52,776 nucleotides of DNA from a virus (lineage: Duplodnaviria > Caudoviricetes), in IMG/VR virus record IMGVR_UViG_3300039309_000221, positions 1 through 52,776 of that record, one strand, 5' to 3'. A program made the translations under genes and the position numbers. Under the pieces are notes generated by a model that was given only the letters and a program-made list of their open reading frames with translations, made no database searches and was not told the origin of the DNA. Below, piece by piece: positions 1 to 7,685 of the stretch (position 1 is its first letter; each line of letters begins with the position of its first letter).

Positions 1-2
1 AA

Positions 3-626
3 TTAAGTGATGCAGATCGTCAGTTCTTAATATCACCAGAGAATAATATTCCTACTGCCGCACCGGGAGGAAAGGTTGATATTGGAGGAGCGAGAAGGAC
101 TAATAGACAGGAGACGGAAAGTATTGTCATCAAGCCATCGCAGGTCGTCAATCAGATTAGAAAGCCGCAGGCGCAGACACAGGCGCAAGCGTCAGTTCAA
201 CAACCTTCGCCGCAACAGCCGCCTAATCAGCAACTCATCCAAGCATCAGAGAGATACCCGATACAAATACCGAATATAGCTGGGAAGCAAAATATAAATA
301 TACCGAAGGATAATGATGTTTTTACGGATGTATCTTCGCCGACAGTAAGTTCTATTGTTCCCGTTATACAAAGAGTTGTTTCTTCCAATGGAAAAAATAT
401 TCATATAGCTTCGGTCGAAATTATTAATGCTGATACATTGGAAAGTATAAAAAGTACGAGGACAAATGCGGCTGGAAGATGGTCAATATCATTGCCAATA
501 GGAAGATATAGGACATTGATAAGTAAGACTGATATTATGACAAAAGAAAGAATGGAGGTGATAAATGATTTTGTCATCGATGGAAGACAATCTCCGTTAG
601 AGTTAGAAAACGCGGTTCTGAAATGA
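3..626 (+). CDS. Hypothetical protein, 5' truncated by window edge; Gln/Pro-rich linker then a possible small beta-sandwich domain
   Basis: Frame +3 is open from base 3 (LSDADRQFLISPENNIP...) to the TGA at 626; the track ORF 438..626 is only its C-terminal part. Confidence 0.75.
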   Translation, partial: LSDADRQFLISPENNIPTAAPGGKVDIGGARRTNRQETESIVIKPSQVVNQIRKPQAQTQAQASVQQPSPQQPPNQQLIQASERYPIQIPNIAGKQNINIPKDNDVFTDVSSPTVSSIVPVIQRVVSSNGKNIHIASVEIINADTLESIKSTRTNAAGRWSISLPIGRYRTLISKTDIMTKERMEVINDFVIDGRQSPLELENAVLK

Positions 627-943
627 GAAACAAAATATTAAGATACATAAAATACTTTTTTCATATTGGTAAAAATGATTGGGTTAATATAGATATTATT
701 AATAAAAGTAAAAAGAAATCAAAGTTTATAGATATTGATGGAAAAAAGTTAATATTGACAGAAGATTTATGCGGCGATTTTTATGAGAAGCGGATCGGTG
801 GATGTTTGGAGCCACATAGATTAGGCGGTCCTGCGGTAGAAAGCCTTAATGGATATAAGCAATGGTGGTATGAAGGAGAGAATATAAATTGTTCTTCGCA
901 GAAAGAGTTTGAGAGAATATTAAAGTTAAAACTATTTTGGTAA
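623..943 (+). CDS. Hypothetical phage protein with an HRxxGPA-type motif
   Basis: PHRLGGPAVESLNGYKQWWYEG motif; ATGA overlap with the upstream stop. Confidence 0.65.
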   Translation: MRNKILRYIKYFFHIGKNDWVNIDIINKSKKKSKFIDIDGKKLILTEDLCGDFYEKRIGGCLEPHRLGGPAVESLNGYKQWWYEGENINCSSQKEFERILKLKLFW

Positions 944-971
944 ATATATGAATAGAAATAAAAGATATATT

Positions 972-1290
972 AGAAGATAACAGCCACAATTGTCAATAAC
1001 CATCATATATTATGGTGGCTTGTGCGAAGAAATCTAACCAGTTTCTTTTGATCAAGACTAAAATATTGTACTAGACAAGAGTAAAATCAATAAGCAGATC
1101 AGGACCGTATATCTTTTCATCAAAAGAGAAATCTGCGAGACGGAAAAGAAATGGTGAATGTGCTAGCATAAAGCACAGCGGCTTAAAAGGTATATAGAGA
1201 ATGTTTCGCTAGTTTTCTTTCCCTACGATCTGCCTATGTCGAAGCGAGTTGGATAAAGTGCTTACGCACATTTTTTAGAAGGAAATAGAA
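972..1290 (+). ncRNA. Putative omega-RNA (HEARO-like) of IsrB; predicted guide about 972-991, scaffold from about 992
   Basis: About 300-nt non-coding gap directly 5' of isrB; begins GTCAATAACC-hairpin-GGTGGCTTG, resembling IscB/IsrB element left ends; TCGCT (1206-1210) can pair with AGCGA (1243-1247). Boundaries are approximate. Confidence 0.7.
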
Positions 1291-1296
1291 AATAAA

Positions 1297-2328
1297 ATGT
1301 CAGTTCCAGTTTTAGACAGAAATAAAATACCACTTATGCCTTGCTCTGAAAAGCGAGCTGCAAAGCTTATGGATAAGGGGCAAGCGAAGCCATATTGGCA
1401 AAAGGGTATTTTCTGCATAAAGCTGACCAAAGAGCCATCTGCAAGAAATTATCAAGAGGTAGCGTTGGGAATAGACCCAGGAAGCAAAAGAGAGGGTTAT
1501 ACAGTTGCTACTAAAAATAATGTTGTTCTTAACATAACTACAAATACGCCAGATTGGATTAAAATCCATATGGAAACAAGAAGAAATCTACGAAAAACAA
1601 GAAGATATAGGAAAACTCCATATAGAAAATGTAGATTAAATAGAAAAATAAACAAAGGATTTATTTGTCCAAGCACAAAAGCTCGTTGGTGTTCTAAATT
1701 AAGAATAATAAATCTTTTGAGAAGAATATTGCCTATCTCTTTAATAAATGTAGAAGATATAAAGGCGGAGAAAAAAGAAGGTAAAAGCAGATGGAATAGA
1801 AGTTTTTCTGGATTAGAAACTGGTAAAAATTGGTTCTATAAAGAAATAGTAAAATTAAATATTAAACTTATTTTGACAAAAGGAACAGATACGGCAGAGC
1901 ATAGAAAACAAAGAGGTTTTAAGAAATCAAAAAAGAAATTAGATTATATTTGGGAAACTCATAATGTTGATAGTCATTCATTAGCAGAAATAGTTTTAGA
2001 AAAAGAGATAAAACCTTATACTGGAATGTATAGAATAGATTTTCTTCGATATCGTAGGAGACAGTTGCATGTTCAAAACCCTATAAAAAATGGAAAGAGA
2101 AGACAATATGGTGGAACAGTTTCATTAGGACTATCAAGAGGAAGTGTTTTGCGTTATATAGGTAATAATAAAAGTTGGAAAAATAAAATCTATTATTTAA
2201 GCGGAACAAGTAATGGACAATTAACTATCTTAGATCTAAAAGATGATAGAAAAGTTTCTCATTGTATAAAAATAATAGATATAAATATATTATATATTAG
2301 TAAATATAAGGTATTATTTTGTAAATAA
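1297..2328 (+). CDS. isrB: IsrB RNA-guided nickase (IS200/IS605 OMEGA family, RRXRR domain)
   Basis: N-terminal PLMP motif, RuvC-I GIDPG, Arg-rich bridge helix RRNLRKTRRYRK, RuvC-II VED, RuvC-III HNVD; no HNH insert; 343 aa. Confidence 0.88.
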   Translation: MSVPVLDRNKIPLMPCSEKRAAKLMDKGQAKPYWQKGIFCIKLTKEPSARNYQEVALGIDPGSKREGYTVATKNNVVLNITTNTPDWIKIHMETRRNLRKTRRYRKTPYRKCRLNRKINKGFICPSTKARWCSKLRIINLLRRILPISLINVEDIKAEKKEGKSRWNRSFSGLETGKNWFYKEIVKLNIKLILTKGTDTAEHRKQRGFKKSKKKLDYIWETHNVDSHSLAEIVLEKEIKPYTGMYRIDFLRYRRRQLHVQNPIKNGKRRQYGGTVSLGLSRGSVLRYIGNNKSWKNKIYYLSGTSNGQLTILDLKDDRKVSHCIKIIDINILYISKYKVLFCK

Positions 2329-2357
2329 TAAAATTATTAAAAAATGGAATATAATTT

Positions 2358-3059
2358 ATGAGCTATAAAGCTACGATTTTGTGTATTGATCCTCCTTATC
2401 TTTTCAAGGATCCACTTACGATGAGCGAAACTCCTCGTGGAGCGATGTCGAATTATCCTCCTCTAACAATAGAAGAGCTAAAAAAACTACCAATAGCAGA
2501 TATTGCAGACCCATCGGGAGCACTCCTTGCGTTATGGTGTCCCTCATCGCTTATCCAAAGCGGGCTTGATTTAATGAAAGTGTGGAACTTTGATTTTAAG
2601 CAGACTTGGATATGGGTAAAAATTAAAAAGAACATAAATATGAATGGCGATATAAATGATGTTTTAAGTATGTATATGGGTCATACTTTTAGACAATGCC
2701 ACGAAATATGTTTATTGGGCATCAATAATACAAAAGTATATAAGAAGCGTATAAATAAAGCTCAAAGATCGGTTTCATTTGCTGCAAATGCAAGACATTC
2801 AGAAAAGCCAGAAGAATTGCAAAACAGATTAGATATTATGTTCGGAAATAATGTTAATAAAATTGAATTATTTGCTCGTAGGCAGAGAAAAGGGACTATA
2901 TGTATTGGCAATGAGGCTCCTATGACATTTAATGAAGATATTAGATTATCTCTTTCCAAATTAATGGATTTATCAGATGATAAAATATCTTTAATAAAAG
3001 AAACTATTAATTTAGATAAGATTGATAATGAAAAATTAGTTTCTATTTGGAATGATTAG
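2358..3059 (+). CDS. MT-A70 family N6-adenine methyltransferase
   Basis: IDPPY catalytic motif, LALW, WIWVK, HSEKP, IELFAR motifs. Confidence 0.9.
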   Translation: MSYKATILCIDPPYLFKDPLTMSETPRGAMSNYPPLTIEELKKLPIADIADPSGALLALWCPSSLIQSGLDLMKVWNFDFKQTWIWVKIKKNINMNGDINDVLSMYMGHTFRQCHEICLLGINNTKVYKKRINKAQRSVSFAANARHSEKPEELQNRLDIMFGNNVNKIELFARRQRKGTICIGNEAPMTFNEDIRLSLSKLMDLSDDKISLIKETINLDKIDNEKLVSIWND

Positions 3060-3078
3060 ATAATCTATTTCGTGAGCA

Positions 3079-3104
3079 GTAAATTACCGCTTTTAAGCGG
3101 TGGC
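3079..3104 (+). mobile_element. IS200/IS605-like end hairpin remnant
   Basis: GTAAATTACC-GCTTTTAAGC-GGTGGC with perfect stem ACCGCTT/AAGCGGT; same layout as the motif at 992. Confidence 0.4.
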
Positions 3105-3118
3105 AATTGATGAGGAAT

Positions 3119-3652
3119 ATGGTTGAGAAAAAAGTTCTTTTGTTAAATGAAACCTACGAAACTCTCTCTTTTATTAACGAGCGGCGGGCATTAAAATTAT
3201 TGTTTAAGGGCAAGGTTGATGTTTTGTCCGTTTGGAATGATGATGTTTTTCTTATCTCTGGCAAAATAAAGTTGCCAGCAATATTGAGATTGAGAAAGAG
3301 AGTTCGCAGAAATTATATTGCTAACAATGGATTTAGTCGCACCGCACTTATCCGCCGAGATGATAATTGTTGTCAATATTGTCAAAAGAGACTGACGCCT
3401 AATCAGCTCACCATAGATCATATTATTCCAAAACAGAGAGGTGGGCAGACAAGTTTTACTAATTGTGTCGTTTGTTGCAAGAAATGTAATTCAGAAAAGG
3501 GTAATAAAACACCAGAAGAAGTTGAAATGAAATTAATAAGGAAACCAGTAGCACCAACATTTTCTTCGTATTATTTTGTTTCTTGTGAGCAAGAGTTTTG
3601 GCATCCAGATTGGAACGATTATCTCGGATTAAATATCAATAAGAAAGTATAA
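3119..3652 (+). CDS. HNH endonuclease (McrA-like)
   Basis: VLLLN..YE.L N-terminus, CQYC, TIDHIIP..GG, NCVVCCKKCN; GAGGA RBS before ATG 3119. Confidence 0.9.
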   Translation: MVEKKVLLLNETYETLSFINERRALKLLFKGKVDVLSVWNDDVFLISGKIKLPAILRLRKRVRRNYIANNGFSRTALIRRDDNCCQYCQKRLTPNQLTIDHIIPKQRGGQTSFTNCVVCCKKCNSEKGNKTPEEVEMKLIRKPVAPTFSSYYFVSCEQEFWHPDWNDYLGLNINKKV

Positions 3653-3656
3653 TACA

Positions 3657-3812
3657 ATGAGCAACTACATTCCGTTTATCCATAAAAATGGCAAGGTAGA
3701 TAAGAAAAAAGATAAGATAGAACAAGTCTACCTCTATATAGAAGAAGATATAATAGAAGAGAAGAAAGAAGAAAAAGAGGAAGAAAAAATTACAATAATT
3801 GCGATATTTTAA
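3657..3812 (+). CDS. Small charged hypothetical protein (51 aa), below the ORF-track cutoff
   Basis: MSNYIPFIHKNGKVDKKKDKIEQVYLYIEED...IIAIF*, starting 4 nt after the HNH stop. Confidence 0.5.
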   Translation: MSNYIPFIHKNGKVDKKKDKIEQVYLYIEEDIIEEKKEEKEEEKITIIAIF

Positions 3813-3996
3813 GAGTTTTAATTTTGTTTATGGCTTAATTATTTGGTCATAAATCGATCAAGAAACATTATTACTATTATTGTAGAGCGGTTTGTCTCAA
3901 ATATTAAATCAATGTTAAGATTTCTTATTAAGAGATAGTTCTCTTGTATTTAGTTAAGAGATAATGGTTATCTCTCTAAAATACAGAGGTCTTCAT

Positions 3997-4257
3997 ATGA
4001 GCACACAAGTTATTCCCCAAGGCAGTTCAGTTGTCATTACTGACGACGAAAGAAATTATCAAGAAAGAGAAATTGAGAAAACATTACATCGTATGTCAGA
4101 TGTTGTGTCAAAAGATTTCTCCGACGCAAATAGTGATCGTTCTCACATTGCTCGCGATTTAGTGCAGAACGTTACATTCACACGACAGGATGTAGTTGCA
4201 GCTATCACAGCCGCAACCGCCGGTCTAACAAATCAAATTAACTCCACTCGAATATAA
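3997..4257 (+). CDS. Hypothetical protein, possibly 3'-truncated
   Basis: GAGG RBS before ATG 3997; its end overlaps an out-of-frame wHTH fragment. Confidence 0.55.
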   Translation: MSTQVIPQGSSVVITDDERNYQEREIEKTLHRMSDVVSKDFSDANSDRSHIARDLVQNVTFTRQDVVAAITAATAGLTNQINSTRI

Positions 4258-4450
4258 GCTATTAGTTTATTTAATAGAAAATATAGGTATTCCACAGACA
4301 AGAGAACAGTTATTGAAAACTATTTGGGAAGTTAATCCAAGCTCAAATACAAGAACAATTGATGTGCATATTAAAAGATTAAGGGGAAAGTTAGGGGCAT
4401 TAGCATTTTTGATAAAAACAGAGTTTGGAATAGGATATGTAATAAGTTAG
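4229..4450 (+). pseudogene. Start-less OmpR/PhoB-type winged-helix DNA-binding domain (Trans_reg_C)
   Basis: Frame +2 reads QIKLTPLEYKLLVYLIENIGIPQTREQLLKTIWEVNPSSNTRTIDVHIKRLRGKLGALAFLIKTEFGIGYVIS*; preceded by TAA 4226-4228 and has no ATG. Confidence 0.8.
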
Positions 4451-4461
4451 TATAATAATAA

Positions 4462-4653
4462 ATGTTTTGTCAGAATTGCTCAAAATTGCTTATATTAAGC
4501 ACAAAAAAGAAATGTTTCAAGTGTGGCGGATTGGTTATCTCAAATATTGCGGTTCTTTGTGAAAATTGTTCGGCGGCAGACAAGAAATGCTCCTGCTGCT
4601 TAAAAAGTTTAGTTCCGCCTCCTATGCACAAAAAATGTAATTGCGGGAAATAA
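4462..4653 (+). CDS. Small Cys-rich zinc-binding protein
   Basis: CQNC, CFKC, CENC, CSCC and CNC in 63 aa. Confidence 0.65.
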   Translation: MFCQNCSKLLILSTKKKCFKCGGLVISNIAVLCENCSAADKKCSCCLKSLVPPPMHKKCNCGK

Positions 4654-4663
4654 AGGTAAGATT

Positions 4664-5197
4664 ATGATCATTAAAAATAATGAAGAGGCATTGAGAATTA
4701 AATGTTCAGATGCAAATGAAGAAGAAGCAAAAGATATAATTCAAGCATTAGAAAAAGAGCTACAATATTCAGCATTAGCTGGACAAGAGGGTATTGGATT
4801 AGCTGCCGTGCAGATAGGTATTCCTAAAAATATTGCTATTGTTCGTATGGCGGATGCGAATATTAATTTGGTTAATTGCGGAATAGAAAAGATGTATGAT
4901 CCAGCAATGTTTCGTCAAGAAGGATGTCTATCATTCCCAAATCGATATGAGACAACGACACGACATCAAGAGATTGTTATCTCTAATAATTCGGTTTATC
5001 CAGAAAGTTTTATAGCATCGGGTCTTATCGCAGTTTGTTGTCAGCACGAGATCGATCATTTTAGCGGAAAGTTATTTATTGATCACACAATGAAACAGGT
5101 TAAAAGAAAAGTAGGACCTAATGACCCGTGCCCCTGCGGAGCAATAAATATTAATACGGGAGGAATAAAAAAGTTTAAGAAATGCTGCGGAGCCTGA
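4664..5197 (+). CDS. def: Peptide deformylase with C-terminal SEC-C motif
   Basis: GIGLAAVQIG, EGCLS and QHEIDH motifs; KVGPNDPCPCG...KKFKKCC tail. Confidence 0.93.
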   Translation: MIIKNNEEALRIKCSDANEEEAKDIIQALEKELQYSALAGQEGIGLAAVQIGIPKNIAIVRMADANINLVNCGIEKMYDPAMFRQEGCLSFPNRYETTTRHQEIVISNNSVYPESFIASGLIAVCCQHEIDHFSGKLFIDHTMKQVKRKVGPNDPCPCGAININTGGIKKFKKCCGA

Positions 5198-5203
5198 TAT
5201 ATA
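5195..5203 (+). promoter_or_regulatory. TGATATATA putative phage promoter element
   Basis: One of 7 copies noticed just upstream of gene starts; here it overlaps the def stop codon. Confidence 0.35.
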
Positions 5204-5209
5204 TGGTTT

Positions 5210-5524
5210 ATGCATTTTTTGTTGGATGAATATGAGTTCTCTATAAAAGGCATTCAAGTTCTTTATTTTTATGCTTCGTGGATGCCGCAGCATAAAAAAA
5301 TGTTATCATCTCTTTCTAAAATGGAAGAAAAGTATCAATATGAGTTCATAGCTTTTGATACGGACTATTTTAAGTCTTTTTGTAAAAGGTTCAATGTGTC
5401 ATCAATTCCGACAATAATTATTTTGGATGATGGAGAAGAGAAAAAAAGAATTGAAGGAATTGTTTTGATAAGTTCCGTTAAGAATATGTTTTTTAATTTT
5501 GATAAGGAGAAAAATAATGGCTAA
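5210..5524 (+). CDS. Thioredoxin-fold protein lacking CxxC
   Basis: VLYFYASW-MPQH-KKM in place of WCxxC; FNVSSIPTIIILDDGEE..RIEG cis-Pro loop. Confidence 0.75.
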   Translation: MHFLLDEYEFSIKGIQVLYFYASWMPQHKKMLSSLSKMEEKYQYEFIAFDTDYFKSFCKRFNVSSIPTIIILDDGEEKKRIEGIVLISSVKNMFFNFDKEKNNG

Positions 5525-6161
5525 TAATCCAGTTCGACCGACAAGACCAGTAACAGCACCGATAACATCAGCAAAACCAGTTCCATCGACACCTTCTACA
5601 TCTGCGGCAACGCCGGTAGTTAATCCGAGACCATCTGTCCATATAAACACTATTCCAAAGAGGACAGTGTTAGGGACAACATCGGCTCATCCTATTAAAG
5701 TAACAACAGCACCAGTTGCAACTCCACAAGTAACTCAAATGCCAGCTATTAAAACTGCTCCTGTTGTGAGAAAACCACCGATGACAACGGGAATAAAGGT
5801 TGTTAAGCCGGCGAGACCTGCTACAACTGCACCAACGACATCGTCTACAACGCCGGGGACAAAGGCAGCAACACCAACTACACCGGCAGTTAAAAAGCCA
5901 GTAGGAATGCGTGGCGCTCGTTCTGCGGCAGCAGTTGCGGCAGAGGCGGCAGCAAAAGCAAAGTTTGCAGGAATACCACAAGTAACAGTTCCTACGCATA
6001 CAACTCCGGCTACGACAACACCAACACCAGCAGCAGCAACACCAGCATCAACACCGACGGCAACACCGACGGCAACACCGACGGCAACACCGACGGCAAC
6101 ACCGACGGCAACACCGACGGCAACACCGACGACGACTACACCAAAAACAACAACAAAGTAG
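5517..6161 (+). CDS. Thr/Pro/Ala/Lys-rich low-complexity protein
   Basis: AAGGAG RBS before ATG 5517; almost no acidic or aromatic residues. Confidence 0.7.
   Translation: MANNPVRPTRPVTAPITSAKPVPSTPSTSAATPVVNPRPSVHINTIPKRTVLGTTSAHPIKVTTAPVATPQVTQMPAIKTAPVVRKPPMTTGIKVVKPARPATTAPTTSSTTPGTKAATPTTPAVKKPVGMRGARSAAAVAAEAAAKAKFAGIPQVTVPTHTTPATTTPTPAAATPASTPTATPTATPTATPTATPTATPTATPTTTTPKTTTK
6051..6131 (+). repeat. 12-bp tandem repeat ACACCGACGGCA, 6 copies plus a partial copy (TPTA peptide)
   Basis: Perfect copies 6051-6122, partial 6123-6131. Confidence 0.95.
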
Positions 6162-6171
6162 GAGAAATAAA

Positions 6172-6531
6172 ATGGTTAATAAAGTTAAGGCTCAGTCAGT
6201 TCCAGTAGTTCCAGTAGTTCAAGATCTAGCGGCAAAAAAGCTTCCAGATACAAAAGCAGGATCAATATGGCAAGAAATTGCTGGCGTTCCGATAGATGCT
6301 TTTGCGATACCTAATCAAATAGTTTCTGACTATTTTATTCCGTTTTTTGCGGAGCCAGATCGTTTGTTTCTAAAAGCGAAGACAAAGGCGACAGCCGCTA
6401 TTCAGTTTTTAGAAGCGACATTGGCAGCAAGATGTGTCGAAATTGTCAATATTAAGACAAGGCAGACGGCTCCTAAATATAATGTAGAGCTGACCGATAA
6501 GTATATTATTGTTTCACCAATATCGAGATAA
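6172..6531 (+). CDS. Hypothetical protein
   Basis: AGGAG RBS, operonic spacing. Confidence 0.7.
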   Translation: MVNKVKAQSVPVVPVVQDLAAKKLPDTKAGSIWQEIAGVPIDAFAIPNQIVSDYFIPFFAEPDRLFLKAKTKATAAIQFLEATLAARCVEIVNIKTRQTAPKYNVELTDKYIIVSPISR

Positions 6532-6533
6532 CA

Positions 6534-6998
6534 ATGCCTGCGTTTCAGGATGAATATAAACCATTAGAAAAAGGACAGAGGCGATCAGGGCTCAAAATTA
6601 ATAATGATGAGTCAATCGCTTCTGCCACTCCTAAAAAGCCAACTGCTCAACAATTTGAGGAAGCGGTTAAAGATGTTGAGAAAAAATCCTCATCTTTTAA
6701 GATTAAGATGGCAGAATTAGCTGATGCGTTTGTCAAATCGATCAATGATAAAACATTGAAGAAAAATAAATCGATTTTCTCCGTCGAAGTAGAAAAAGAA
6801 AACTTATCTAAACTAATCCAATTAGCATCTGAAATTAATTCAGACCCAAATGAAATTGAGGGAATTGGATCATTAGGACTTATTGTTCTTTTATTTAAGA
6901 CACTTCTTTCACAGAGAGATAGAATAAATGAATTAGAATATCGATTGTTTCAAGTAGAAAATGTGAATAAGATACATCTGGAAAAAACTAATGATTAG
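6534..6998 (+). CDS. Hypothetical helical/coiled-coil protein
   Basis: ORF track, operonic spacing. Confidence 0.7.
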   Translation: MPAFQDEYKPLEKGQRRSGLKINNDESIASATPKKPTAQQFEEAVKDVEKKSSSFKIKMAELADAFVKSINDKTLKKNKSIFSVEVEKENLSKLIQLASEINSDPNEIEGIGSLGLIVLLFKTLLSQRDRINELEYRLFQVENVNKIHLEKTND

Positions 6999-7170
6999 TC
7001 GCGAGAAACTTCTCGATCTTATAGTTGAAGAAAAAGAAAATTATTCCAAATATAGGGCATTATGCAAGTTATACGATGTTCCTCCAAATCCAATGGCGAC
7101 GGCGAAGTTCAAGGCGAAGATGGAGATTTTCTCCGAGCTTATGGAGGAGAGAATAATTTTCGAGAGTTAG
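6991..7170 (+). CDS. Small hypothetical protein (59 aa) overlapping the CHC2 gene
   Basis: MISREKLLDLIVEEKENYSKYRALCKLYDVPPNPMATAKFKAKMEIFSELMEERIIFES*; coupled to the upstream stop. Confidence 0.45.
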   Translation: MISREKLLDLIVEEKENYSKYRALCKLYDVPPNPMATAKFKAKMEIFSELMEERIIFES

Positions 7171-7685
7171 CACAAAAAGCTAATAGCGTTTCTCTTTCCA
7201 AAATATTTAGGTTTTACAAAATCAATATTGATGAGTTTAATAGAAAGATAGTTTGTCCTTTCCATAAAAATGGTAAAGAAGCATCTGCATCATTCTATTA
7301 TTATCCAGAAACTAACTCGTGGCATTGTTATGGATGTAAAGAGGGCTCTCGTGTTATCGATTTTGTTTCTCTTATAGAGAAATGTTCATACATTGATGCG
7401 ATCAATAAGGTTCTTTCTATATTTGAGAATGAAAATGAGATAGAAAATAGTTTTGATGATAGTATATTAAATAGAAAGTTTTTCTCTGAAAGATTAGAAA
7501 TAATGTTATCTTTTTCTGATCTGGTTCGAGAGTTTCGTTTAGAAAATGATAATGAAAAAGCTTTCAATTTTATTGAGAGTATTTGCCATATATTTGATAA
7601 TTTAGAGACAAAAAATAAGCTTAATAATGAAGCATTAAAATCAGTTATATCAAAGCTAAAAGAAAGAATTGATAATTATGCCTAA
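7062..7685 (+). CDS. CHC2 zinc-finger protein (DnaG primase zinc-binding domain, stand-alone); start uncertain
   Basis: CPFH...SASF...WHCYGC...VIDFV..IEKCSYIDAI; no TOPRIM domain. Confidence 0.8.
   Translation: MQVIRCSSKSNGDGEVQGEDGDFLRAYGGENNFRELAQKANSVSLSKIFRFYKINIDEFNRKIVCPFHKNGKEASASFYYYPETNSWHCYGCKEGSRVIDFVSLIEKCSYIDAINKVLSIFENENEIENSFDDSILNRKFFSERLEIMLSFSDLVREFRLENDNEKAFNFIESICHIFDNLETKNKLNNEALKSVISKLKERIDNYA

Noticed and set aside
76-279. Arg/Ser-rich 67-aa ORF
   Set aside because: Shadow frame of the longer frame +3 CDS (3..626)
1297-2328. IscB, Cas9 or TnpB call
   Set aside because: No HNH between RuvC-II and RuvC-III and no C-terminal zinc ribbon; PLMP and size fit IsrB
5670-5999. 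Cys/Arg-rich minus-strand ORF
   Set aside because: Antisense by-product of Thr/Ala/Pro codons in 5517..6161
6051-6131. Repeat array as CRISPR
   Set aside because: Contiguous 12-bp coding repeats with no spacers
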